From: Octopus bimaculoides
Taxonomy: Eukaryota
Length of the DNA stretch: 64,000 bases
Assembly (NCBI RefSeq): GCF_001194135.2
Contig: NC_068984.1
Coordinates: 33,276,997 to 33,340,996, forward strand
Reading direction: 5' to 3'
Shown here: positions 52,721 through 64,000 of the stretch, in pieces
How the letters are laid out: each line of letters starts with the position of its first letter
How positions within the stretch are numbered: the first letter of the stretch is position 1
Translations under genes and position numbers: made by a program
The notes under the pieces: model-generated
The model's database searches: none
What the model was told of the DNA's origin: nothing
What the model saw: only the letters and a program-made list of their open reading frames with translations

Positions 52721-54066
52721 AAACATATACACACGCATATATGCATGTATATGTGGGTGATCATATGCAAATATCAACATATATATAAATATATAACCAT
52801 GCACAAACACTCACACAAGCACACGGACATACACACGCACAATCGATACACACACATATATAGACACCGTATATAAATATATCAGTTTGCGTACGTAATG
52901 AAGATAACATAATATTAATATAGAAACATATGTCGAGATATATATTTCCATAATTTTATATGAAGTATATATAATATGTTTCAAAATATTTATACACACG
53001 CATATACATATGTACACACATACATGCATTATTGTTCATGATAAGGGCCAGATATGTATATATATATATATATATANNNNNNNNNNNNNNNNNNNNNNNN
53101 NNNNNNNNNNNNNNNNNNNNNNNNNNNNNNNNNNNNNNNNNNNNNNNNNNNNNNNNNNNNNNNNNNNNNNNNNNNNNNNNNNNNNNNNNNNNNNNNNNNN
53201 NNNNNNNNNNNNNNNNNNNNNNNNNNNNNNNNNNNNNNNNNNNNNNNNNNNNNNNNNNNNNNNNNNNNNNNNNNNNNNNNNNNNNNNNNNNNNNNNNNNN
53301 NNNNNNNNNNNNNNNNNNNNNNNNNNNNNNNNNNNNNNNNNNNNNNNNNNNNNNNNNNNNNNNNNNNNNNNNNNNNNNNNNNNNNNNNNNNNNNNNNNNN
53401 NNNNNNNNNNNNNNNNNNNNNNNNNNNNNNNNNNNNNNNNNNNNNNNNNNNNNNNNNNNNNNNNNNNNNNNNNNNNNNNNNNNNNNNNNNNNNNNNNNNN
53501 NNNNNNNNNNNNNNNNNNNNNNNNNNNNNNNNNNNNNNNNNNNNNNNNNNNNNNNNNNNNNNNNNNNNNNNNNNNNNNNNNNNNNNNNNNNNNNNNNNNN
53601 NNNNNNNNNNNNNNNNNNNNNNNNNNNNNNNNNNNNNNNNNNNNNNNNNNNNNNNNNNNNNNNNNNNNNNNNNNNNNNNNNNNNNNNNNNNNNNNNNNNN
53701 NNNNNNNNNNNNNNNNNNNNNNNNNNNNNNNNNNNNNNNNNNNNNNNNNNNNNNNNNNNNNNNNNNNNNNNNNNNNNNNNNNNNNNNNNNNNNNNNNNNN
53801 NNNNNNNNNNNNNNNNNNNNNNNNNNNNNNNNNNNNNNNNNNNNNNNNNNNNNNNNNNNNNNNNNNNNNNNNNNNNNNNNNNNNNNNNNNNNNNNNNNNN
53901 NNNNNNNNNNNNNNNNNNNNNNNNNNNNNNNNNNNNNNNNNNNNNNNNNNNNNNNNNNNNNNNNNNNNNNNNNNNNNNNNNNNNNNNNNNNNNNNNNNNN
54001 NNNNNNNNNNNNNNNNNNNNNNNNNNNNNNNNNNNNNNNNNNNNNNNNNNNNNNNNNNNNNNNNNN

Positions 54067-54116
<50 letters not shown>

Positions 54117-56279
54117 CATGTATGTATGTATGTACGTATGTATGTATAATGCAAGACCCATTCAGTTCTTGAGAATATATGGCTGCTTTTGCATAGTTTA
54201 GAAAATTATTAATTTCTTGAGCTAAGTTTTTTCGATCCTCAATCACTCCTACTCCAAAATTGTAGGTAATTGAAACAGGGAAGGAAGGAGAAAGAGAGAG
54301 AGAAAGTGAGAGAAGAAAAGTCGATAAACAAGCAAACGAAACAAAGAAAACAACTAATATTTGTTGAGAGAACCTGGGGGTTCGAAAGGCAAAATTATCG
54401 TTAGAGGTATATAAACATGCACTGTATGGCACTCTCTTTAACGAACACTATCTATATGCATCAATGTATGTGTTTGTGAAGAGCGTTAAGAAGAAAAGTT
54501 GTACACATGCATATGTATGTGCGTGTGTGTGTGCGTGTGTGTGTGCGTGTGTGTGTGTATTTGTGTATGTATGGATATATATATATATATATATATATAT
54601 ANNNNNNNNNNNNNNNNNNNNNNNNNNNNNNNNNNNNNNNNNNNNNNNNNNNNNNNNNNNNNNNNNNNNNNNNNNNNNNNNNNNNNNNNNNNNNNNNNNN
54701 NNNNNNNNNNNNNNNNNNNNNNNNNNNNNNNNNNNNNNNNNNNNNNNNNNNNNNNNNNNNNNNNNNNNNNNNNNNNNNNNNNNNNNNNNNNNNNNNNNNN
54801 NNNNNNNNNNNNNNNNNNNNNNNNNNNNNNNNNNNNNNNNNNNNNNNNNNNNNNNNNNNNNNNNNNNNNNNNNNNNNNNNNNNNNNNNNNNNNNNTATAT
54901 ATATATATATATATATATATCCACATATGTATATGTGTGTATGTGTGTTTATACATATATACACATATAGATATGCGCGCACACGCATACACACACAAGC
55001 ACACGCACTCACACAATCACACACGCACACGCACACACACACATGATTACAGTTATATAGATGTTAACGCAAAGAATTTTCTTTATTCATGTATATTCAG
55101 GACGCTGTTGCTACCATAATTACATATCCTAAAATTGCCTTGCAAAAATATTCAACTTGTTCATATTTTGCTACATGAATTGAAAATCTTCTTCGAAATA
55201 GAATCAAATATTCTGTTTATTTTTATACAGAAATATAAAATTATTTTCTTCAATATTCACTGTCTGTATTCCAGCTTTATTCTTAAGCAGACAAACTGTG
55301 TGACATGAAATATAATGTAACCAAAGGACAATGAAATTGCTTCATTTTTATATCTGGTTCGCGACACACCATAAAAAAAAATCCTTGTGTAGAAATAATA
55401 TTTTATATAAACTCCTTATTTTAAACATCGACTCCATTATTTGCTTGACATTTCTTTCCTCTTTATTTTTAAAACTATTTTAGAGTGTTCGTCGCGAAGA
55501 AATAAGGACTGTCCTTTGCATTATTCGAATAAATCCAGAGTGTATTTTATGTTGTTATTCATTTTTTGTTTTATTATTACAGTTTGTGTTTCTTCGGTAC
55601 TCTCATTCTGTTGGTTAAGATACTGGATACCATATATTTGCAATACTGATATCATAAATTTGCAATACAATTATCTCTTATCTACACCATATAACTGTCT
55701 TGTTCATATAATTTTTGTTTCAGTAAAGTATCTATTGAAAAATATATACATACTATTTCCTTGCAGTAACAATGTACCTAGGATTCTATTATCTGGTATG
55801 TCATTTATTTTGTGATGACGGCAAAGTGTGACTTTTAGATGACTTGTTTTCAATTTCTAACCGATAATAACACCACATTGTGACACATGAATTACGTTGC
55901 ATAAAAAATCTATTTCCCATTTTTTCTATTTATTTTTATCTATTGTTTTTATTGTTTTGATTAAACCTGTGGACGCTGAGAATTTTGATGAATGACGTTT
56001 CAACTTGAGTAATAATATCCTTATATTCCGTTGTCCAATATATTTTTATATTTTATATAATACGCTGGGTGTTTTAAAAGGATTTAGCTACTTTTCCATC
56101 AGCTCTAACAACCACGTACGGTGTCCCACTTTTACTCACATATGTATATATATTTTTTTATATTTATACAGCATAAGTGCTTTAGTGAAAGATGTTGAAA
56201 TCAAATACTTTGGTAAGAATGTTGCCAAAACGAATTTCAATATACAGTATTTGATGAATCGATTCAATGGTAATAATAA

Positions 56280-56490
56280 TGGTTTCAAATTTTGGCACAG
56301 GGTCAGCCATTTTAAGCTAGAGGATCAGTCGATTACATAACCCCCAGTATTCAACTGGTACTTATTTTATCAAGTCAAAAGATGAAAAGCAAAATTGAGC
56401 TCGTCAGAATCTGAACACAATGTAAGGGTAGACGAAATGCCACTAATCTATTTGTCAAGCATTCTAAGGATTCTGCTGGCTCGTCACCTT
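56280..56490 (-). mobile_element. tRNA-derived SINE, family C
   Basis: ggtttcaaattttggcacagggtcagc...ttcaactggtacttattttatc...gacgaaatgccactaa...gctcgtcacc. Confidence 0.85.
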
Positions 56491-59400
56491 ACAATGCTAT
56501 TAATTATGAAACTATACCTTTTTTTTCTTTTTCATTTCGTTTCTTCAAATAATGGTGTTCTCCATTTCATTAAGAGTATTAATTTAAAATTAATACAGTT
56601 TTATATATTATAGAAATGCATGAATATTATAGGTACTTCAGTCAATATTGCAAAATATGTTCTGGCTGTTTATAGATGCCAGTTTTAACATAATTCCATA
56701 AGTCTGCTCTGTGTGGACAGTTTTCAAGTTGTAGATTTAAGCCAAAACAAGTACTAGATCCCATTTGCTACAGAATTATGTCCATGGTAGTATGTTAACC
56801 GCAGCACAGTCAGCTAGCAAATTTATTTACTACTTTGTATTTAAGATAACACTACTATGTTCTCTCTTAATTTCTCAATATCAAAAGGTAAGTAAAAGCT
56901 CTAAATCTTAAATTCTTCACTCATCACTGAAAATGAATTCGTCAAGACATTCAACCATTGATTTTTTTTATATATATTAATCATATTACTACCATGTACA
57001 CTTTAACAATACGTTCATTGTTCATAATGTCTGAAAATTATAAATTTATTGACTGTCACAAAGTTGTCTCTTTCATGTCAGCGGACAAATTAGAAACTGT
57101 TGACAAGATACGAGAATTTTCCTATTCTGAATAATTGGCTGGTTTATCGACTCAGTTATTCTTTAACTCTGTCTCATAATAGATGGTAATTTTTAATAAG
57201 GTGTAAGTTGAATAATACAATATTTCATGACCTTGTTGCTTCAGCTCAGGGAAACAAACGGGTGGCATCGCTTGAACTTAGGGAAGAAAATATGAAGAAA
57301 AATGGAACATAAATAGTGATGAACACGGTTGATGTAAATGGGAGCATAGAACAAGACAAGACAGTTATGTATCAGAAATATGAGGATCGATCATAATGAG
57401 TAAGCAATATAAACGAGGGTAGACAGTATTAGCCAAACGCATGGCAAAAAAGAAAACGATGCTGGTTTTCAAATAAAGAGTTGAAGATGGACACGATAAG
57501 GGTAAATATTAGAGACAGCTTCAGAGCACCATGTAAATATAAGAAAATAATCGTACAATATTTAAACTTATTGAGGATATTAATATATATATTTAGTCAA
57601 GTGCATAGGCAAATATTTTGAGGGAAGCACAAGCTCTTGGATGATAGAATGTAAAATAGAACGTTGAACGAGGTCATGCTTCAAGCGCAGCAAACAAAAG
57701 ATCTAAACAGAATAAGTGGGGAAGTGATATTTAAAATATCTGCAGTTACAGAGCGACTCGTTTCTAGAAGCTACTGGTATGAGAGTGTCTAAGGTTATCT
57801 GTAATTTATCTTGGTAATTAGTAGTACGTATATATCGAAATATGTCACCTTTTACAGAAACACACGCACACACATTTCTAATACTCACACACAAAGACAT
57901 GCACACGCATATACAACAACATATGTAAATCGATGTGCACCACTAGTGACAATTACATTTTGAGGATATTTTTAATTGACAGAACAAAGTCGAAATAGGT
58001 TTTGGAAGAGACATACGGTGGCGTAGGTGGAAGTCAGATTTATAGGTATTAGTGGCGTACATTTGTGCTGTATAGATTAGAGTTCCGAGATTAAAGACAT
58101 GACATTTTCCACATCTATTTGCGGGGTGGGGTGTTGTATCATTCTCTTGAGGAAATTCTTCGTTAGACTGCCATATATCTTGCGTGAATATGGTGTTGGC
58201 CGATTTTCTTTCATATTTATTCGTCGAAACGAAAACCATTGCTACGTGAAAACTCATGTTAGCCATTCACAAAAGCAGTTAACTTCAATTAAACATTTAT
58301 TGTCACTATATTGCGAAAAACGTTTATGTGAAGTTAAATGCCTTTGTGAATCTCTGAATGGCTATCCGGTGTTTCCGCTCTGTAACCGTTTTAGTTATAA
58401 ATGTTTCCCTTATACACATTGGAACAACATATTCAGTGGGATAAGAATAATTAGTATTTAGATATCTATCACTGATTTCATCATTTGCAAGAAATAAACA
58501 GTTATATTGGTCTTACGTCTACCAGAAGCCTATAATGTGTCTAATTGACAACATATATATATAAAAAAATTAATTCTGAAATAGATAACTGAGATTACAC
58601 TGTGAAAACTATCCTATGTATGAGTGTGTGTGTGTGTGTGTGTCTGTTGATGGTAACAATGTCTTCTTGTTATGAAAGTGATTATGTCATCCAGGTGATG
58701 CAAGAGACTATATAGTCATAAACTTACTCTGTTTCCGACGTCTACTCACTGTGACTGAGAATATCTGACATGCAGTGTCTAAGTTCCTTGTGGAGAGCGT
58801 TTGCATGAAGAATAAGGTTACGTACAATGTGGATGTGAGTGGGTATTGTAGGTTATAAGAGCAGCTGGACCTAATGTTCAGAAAGAAATGCGTACGAGAT
58901 GTATTCAAAGCTTGAAATGTCCTTGACCTTTCAAACTTGGAAATAAGATTATTATTACAGAATTGGCAGAATTATACGGTATCCTTTGAAGAAAATGCAA
59001 TACTGACTCTATTTCAAAGGATCTGGATTTATCGAATATCAGAGTATAGCTCTGAAACCGTCTGATGGAAGGTACTTTGAACTTTGTGATCTGTGTCTGT
59101 TTGGCAAAGCTGTTGATATTTTAACACTTGATGAGTTAATGTATAAAACTTGGATATTGACGAAATTGCTGGTGTGCCCGAAGACGTGATCCAAGTAACA
59201 TTGTTGATTGTCTGCCATATAGAATGAAAATCAAATTCGAAATTGATCTTCAGCTATGCTGCTTCCGAAATTTTGATTATTAAGAATTGTATGTTAAAAG
59301 ATTCCTTCAAATTTTTTTTTACTCATTACTGAGGGTAACACATCATTAGGGCACGATAAAGAAAACAGAATAATTTGAAGTCTGTGTGTTACAGGAATAC

Positions 59401-60339
59401 ATAATTTATTTTCATATTCACGTTCTTCTGCGTGAGATATGGTGGCCGTAATAGAGACCAAGGTATATGTGTGCTAGTCACTACTGGATTTTCAGTCATA
59501 CTCTTTGTGTGTAATGCGCTTATGCTTCTGAGCCACTTGGAATAGGTAACTGTTGATGGACTCCTCGAGTCCGATATGCTTTAAATTCTTACGAGATATG
59601 TGAGAACTTCAACAAATCCTATTTCCCTAAAATAATGAATATTATATCTCATGAAAAGGAACCGGATTAAATTTCTTATTTATTAAATGGGAAGAAATTA
59701 TGTCAAAATTATGGATGAGGATTCAAAATTATGAGATGTAAGCACAGAAGCATGCTTATGCATATCCGTTTCCCTTATGCGAAGAGTTTACCGCCATCCA
59801 TGATTCCTTGTTGATAAATTTCATTTATGGAGATTGCTCTTGGTTCACTTCTCGCAGCGTATTTCCTACATTTAAAGTGTTTTAGAGTTTGGGTTTACGC
59901 ATGAACTGAAACCGTTTCGTAAGTTCCGTCTGCTGAATTCCATTCTTTAATCAATTGTTGTGTCATATTTCTACAGATTACAAATACAGAACATTATTCT
60001 TGTTTAATGATTTCTCACAGTCACATGGGTTTTGTTAAATGATGTTTAATATATTACATTCAAATGTTATTCAGTTGTTATTATGTATGTTTTTGTGCTA
60101 TACATTTCAGCTTGGGGACCGCTTCGATTTTAATTTAAGCAAATAACTTTATTACAGTTTTGGACCTTTTGTATAAACGCAATAAAAATATTGCACACAA
60201 TAAATATTTTCATTGTATTATTTGAGTTTGATGTTTTTTTTTTCATTATCTGTCCATTTCCATCTAAATAATACAAAATATTTCCATCTTTAATGAACGT
60301 AATATCTTCATTAATGTCCGTTTTCTCTTTGTTGCTTAC

Positions 60340-60402
60340 AAACAGCGCTACTTCCCTTGAATATTCCGACAGAAGATTATCTTTACAATGTTTCCAAAGT
60401 GC
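60340..60402 (-). CDS. Candidate 63-bp phase-0 exon (ALWKHCKDNLLSEYSREVALF)
   Basis: Branch-like CTAAT plus tgctttcccgctattatAAG acceptor; donor TTT|GTAAGC. No homology recognised. Confidence 0.25.
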
Positions 60403-61429
60403 CTTATAATAGCGGGAAAGCAATTAGCAGCTATAAAATAGTCATTCAAGTAGAAGATTCATGCCCGATATCAGTTCTTTCTTGAGATATTTCATAGGCA
60501 GTGTGTGGGGGTAAGTTGAATACATATTTTTACTCAGTTTTACAAAACAGCTGGTATAAAATTGTGAGTAAAGGAAAAACAAACAGTGACAGTTATACAA
60601 AGGCATTCACATTCTGTCACACACACATATGTAAATATTATAGCTTTGTCGGGTAATTTATAAGTTTAAATTGTAATCACCTATATCTACGTTCGATTTC
60701 ACTGTGTGGAACATTATGTAAGTCATTAAAATGACTAGTCAGTAGAATTTGTTTTACGTAAAGAATGCAAAAGCCTAATATAGACAGACACATACAAACA
60801 CATATATACATACCCATATTTACCGAAATGTCTGTCTGTATGTATGTATGTATGTATGTACGAATATATGATACTTTGTCGATGTATCCATTCATCTAAA
60901 ACAATTTTTTAGATGTTTCACATCCTATATTGTTTCAGATTCTGTGATATTAGGATAGCTATATTATATTGTTAAATATCATGGCTTAACTCGCTGTTTA
61001 TTCTGGTGACTTCACTGTATTTTTTGCTATCTTGAAAAAATTAGTAGCCTTCAGCAACCGCTTTTCTTGAGGATAGACTTCGCGCACAAGTGAATGATTG
61101 CCATTCATTCCCTCTACTACTATAGGTAGCATTGATCTTCTAGAATGCCAAATTGTTAGACTCCTTGATAGGGCTTTGACCAAAGATATTCTGTGGATCA
61201 GATATGCTCGGTTCATTGCCACGTTGACTGCTAAGAATTTTTGAGCTTTCTTTTGTAACAGCAAATGCTTTACGCCCGAGAGTGTTTTGTACTTCTACAA
61301 GTCTACTATTTGATATTGCACTGAATATTGCTGTCATCTTTGGGCGAGAGCATCCCCTTAGGGTCTTACACTACTTCCTAGTAATCAGAATGGAGTTGTT
61401 GACACAGTTGGTCCTCTAATACTGAGCCT

Positions 61430-61715
61430 TTCGCAAGTGTCTAAATGTATTTTTGTTGTCTTTTCTTTCAGTATTTCAGTGAATATTACTCTGAACTTTC
61501 TGGTCTGGCATTCTTTGTCAAACTTTTAAATGCATCCCCCAATTTTCTTCCAAGACACGTTGTTTCTCTGTTGAACTTATTGTTATTCCTAAGTCCTTTT
61601 ATTCTAAAAGCTTCTTTACTCGAGCTGCTGGTCTTTGGAACTCATTTCCTTCGTCTTTTATTCCCTTGATTTATGATATTCAGTCCTTCAATACTACTGT
61701 CAATCAATATCTTTT
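61430..61715 (+). mobile_element. 3' end of a CR1/L2-group LINE
   Basis: LFFQYFSEYYSELSGL...IPKSFYSKSFFTRAAGLWNSFPSSFIPLIYDIQSFNTTVN matches the SFF.R...WNSLP...FK..VN terminal motif. Confidence 0.75.
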
Positions 61716-62131
61716 GAATTTGTAGTCACGGTTTTCTTTCAGCGTCAGTGGCATCGAGTCATTATGGGGAGAAAATTGCTGTTTTTTATAACTTATTATT
61801 TGTTCCGTGAAAGTTTCTAGTATAATTTTCGTGATTGCTTTAGCATTGACTACTGCTCTGTTACTCAATTATCAGGTATAGACTTTGTTAAGTTATACTG
61901 ATGTAATTTTCGTGGTAATTCCATTGACTTGCTTTTCTATGAGAATCTGCTTTTTTATGAGAATGAACCCAGATAGTTCAAAATTTTCAGAGATTCTGAA
62001 TATGGCTTCCGCCAGACGTTCAACAACTCATTTCTTATTTTTTCATTCTTTCGATCACTCCTCACGATAAATACATATGCATGTATATATGTAGGTATGT
62101 AATTTATACATACGTTGATATATATTTATAT

Positions 62132-62182
<51 letters not shown>

Positions 62183-63785
62183 NNNNNNNNNNNNNNNNNN
62201 NNNNNNNNNNNNNNNNNNNNNNNNNNNNNNNNNNNNNNNNNNNNNNNNNNNNNNNNNNNNNNNNNNNNNNNNNNNNNNNNNNNNNNNNNNNNNNNNNNNN
62301 NNNNNNNNNNNNNNNNNNNNNNNNNNNNNNNNNNNNNNNNNNNNNNNNNNNNNNNNNNNNNNNNNNNNNNNNNNNNNNNNNNNNNNNNNNNNNNNNNNNN
62401 NNNNNNNNNNNNNNNNNNNNNNNNNNNNNNNNNNNNNNNNNNNNNNNNNNNNNNNNNNNNNNNNNNNNNNNNNNNNNNNNNNNNNNNNNNNNNNNNNNNN
62501 NNNNNNNNNNNNNNNNNNNNNNNNNNNNNNNNNNNNNNNNNNNNNNNNNNNNNNNNNNNNNNNNNNNNNNNNNNNNNNNNNNNNNNNNNNNNNNNNNNNN
62601 NNNNNNNNNNNNNNNNNNNNNNNNNNNNNNNNNNNNNNNNNNNNNNNNNNNNNNNNNNNNNNNNNNNNNNNNNNNNNNNNNNNNNNNNNNNNNNNNNNNN
62701 NNNNNNNNNNNNNNNNNNNNNNNNNNNNNNNNNNNNNNNNNNNNNNNNNNNNNNNNNNNNNNNNNNNNNNNNNNNNNNNNNNNNNNNNNNNNNNNNNNNN
62801 NNNNNNNNNNNNNNNNNNNNNNNNNNNNNNNNNNNNNNNNNNNNNNNNNNNNNNNNNNNNNNNNNNNNNNNNNNNNNNNNNNNNNNNNNNNNNNNNNNNN
62901 NNNNNNNNNNNNNNNNNNNNNNNNNNNNNNNNNNNNNNNNNNNNNNNNNNNNNNNNNNNNNNNNNNNNNNNNNNNNNNNNNNNNNNNNNNNNNNNNNNNN
63001 NNNNNNNNNNNNNNNNNNNNNNNNNNNNNNNNNNNNNNNNNNNNNNNNNNNNNNNNNNNNNNNNNNNNNNNNNNNNNNNNNNNNNNNNNNNNNNNNNNNN
63101 NNNNNNNNNGTGTGTGTGTGTGTGTGTGTGCGTGTGCATTTTTTTCTCTGTGAATTTTTTTTTAGTACAGAAAACAATGCTTTTAGATCACTTGACATAC
63201 AAATTATACATTTTTATTGTAAGAAACACTTCTAGATGTTCGGTGTAAAGTAAAAATATATTTTAAAAAACGATGTATTACCATGATTAATAGAGTGTCG
63301 GCAGCAAAACTAGATCCAATGTGAATTCTCTCTTGTCCTCTTAGATTGTGAACACAGAAAGTATAAGCATTCATCAAAAGTTTAGAAGCTCATAGATGTT
63401 TATATTGTATCCAAAATATGATTCAGTTAAACTGCTCATTTCAAATTAGCATGACAATATCTATTCACAAAACAATGATAAATTAATTAACTCAATGTAT
63501 TTAATTTCGCTGCAAAATGATAGCTGCGTGTTTATATTAATAATATACATGGCATATCAAGTTAAACATAAAATTTAGTGTGGTAAAATATGTGTTAATT
63601 AATGTGTTGTCAACGAATGTACATTTGTCCAAAAACAAAAAGAAAAAAATGGAGATGTTAGTTAAGTTCAAAATGTCCATAATAAAACTGTCAATGGATA
63701 ATTATTTCCCCAATATTAGCAAGGGAGGTATGGAGATAACAATTTATATCTTTGTATTTTTTTTACAATCCAGAAATACATACAT

Positions 63786-63821
<36 letters not shown>

Positions 63822-63839
63822 ACACACCCACACACACAA

Positions 63840-63871
<32 letters not shown>

Positions 63872-63884
63872 NNNNNNNNNNATA

Positions 63885-64000
63885 TTGTTGTTGGCACTCC
63901 ATCGCTTACGACGTCGAGGAGTTCCAGTTCATCCGATCAATGGAACAGCCTGCTAGTGAAATTAACGTGCAAGTGGCTGAGCAAACGACAAACACGTGTA
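63885..64000 (-). mobile_element. SINE family A, 3' portion cut by the window edge
   Basis: ttgttggcactccatcgcttacgacgtcgag...gaaattaacgtgcaagtggctgagc is near-identical to 8375-8470. Confidence 0.9.

Noticed and set aside
52956-55119. Long ORFs (up to 467 aa) in the ORF track, and likewise at 2582-3142, 6516-7061, 26328-27113 and 62081-63248
   Set aside because: They consist of X from N gaps plus translated (CA)n/(TA)n repeats; no coding evidence.
57943-58266. 107-aa minus-strand ORF with RCGKCH
   Set aside because: No recognisable domain, no splice support, and typical of chance ORFs.
61760-62030. Possible Gypsy integrase remnant (ETFTEQIISYKKQQFS resembling P..IVSDNGxQF)
   Set aside because: The similarity is too short and too degenerate, with multiple stops.

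Overview
Eukaryotic (animal) draft-assembly DNA: AT-rich, saturated with (TA)n/(CA)n/(AAT)n/(GAT)n/(TAG)n/(GATA)n microsatellites, and broken by many N gaps. The repeat landscape suggests Octopus (inference, not verified). Almost all entries in the supplied ORF track are artefacts of microsatellites or N runs. I found no intact protein-coding gene, rRNA, true tRNA or CRISPR array. What can be read directly is a graveyard of mobile elements: at least eight 3' fragments of REL-endonuclease (R4/Dong-like) non-LTR retrotransposons, most anchored in trinucleotide microsatellites; three tRNA-derived SINE families; three Tc1/mariner remnants; a Gypsy 5' LTR-PBS-gag remnant; a Penelope-like RT; and RTE, CR1/L2-like and L1/Tx1-like LINE ends. 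Two clear fold-back structures are present: a ~590-bp diverged palindrome at 2046-2638 and a perfect 37-bp-stem hairpin at 20396-20503. A few low-confidence candidate exons were seen; the best are 697-735 and 4087-4159, which could be the 3' end of a + strand gene. All family assignments are by-eye motif recognition and the element boundaries are approximate.
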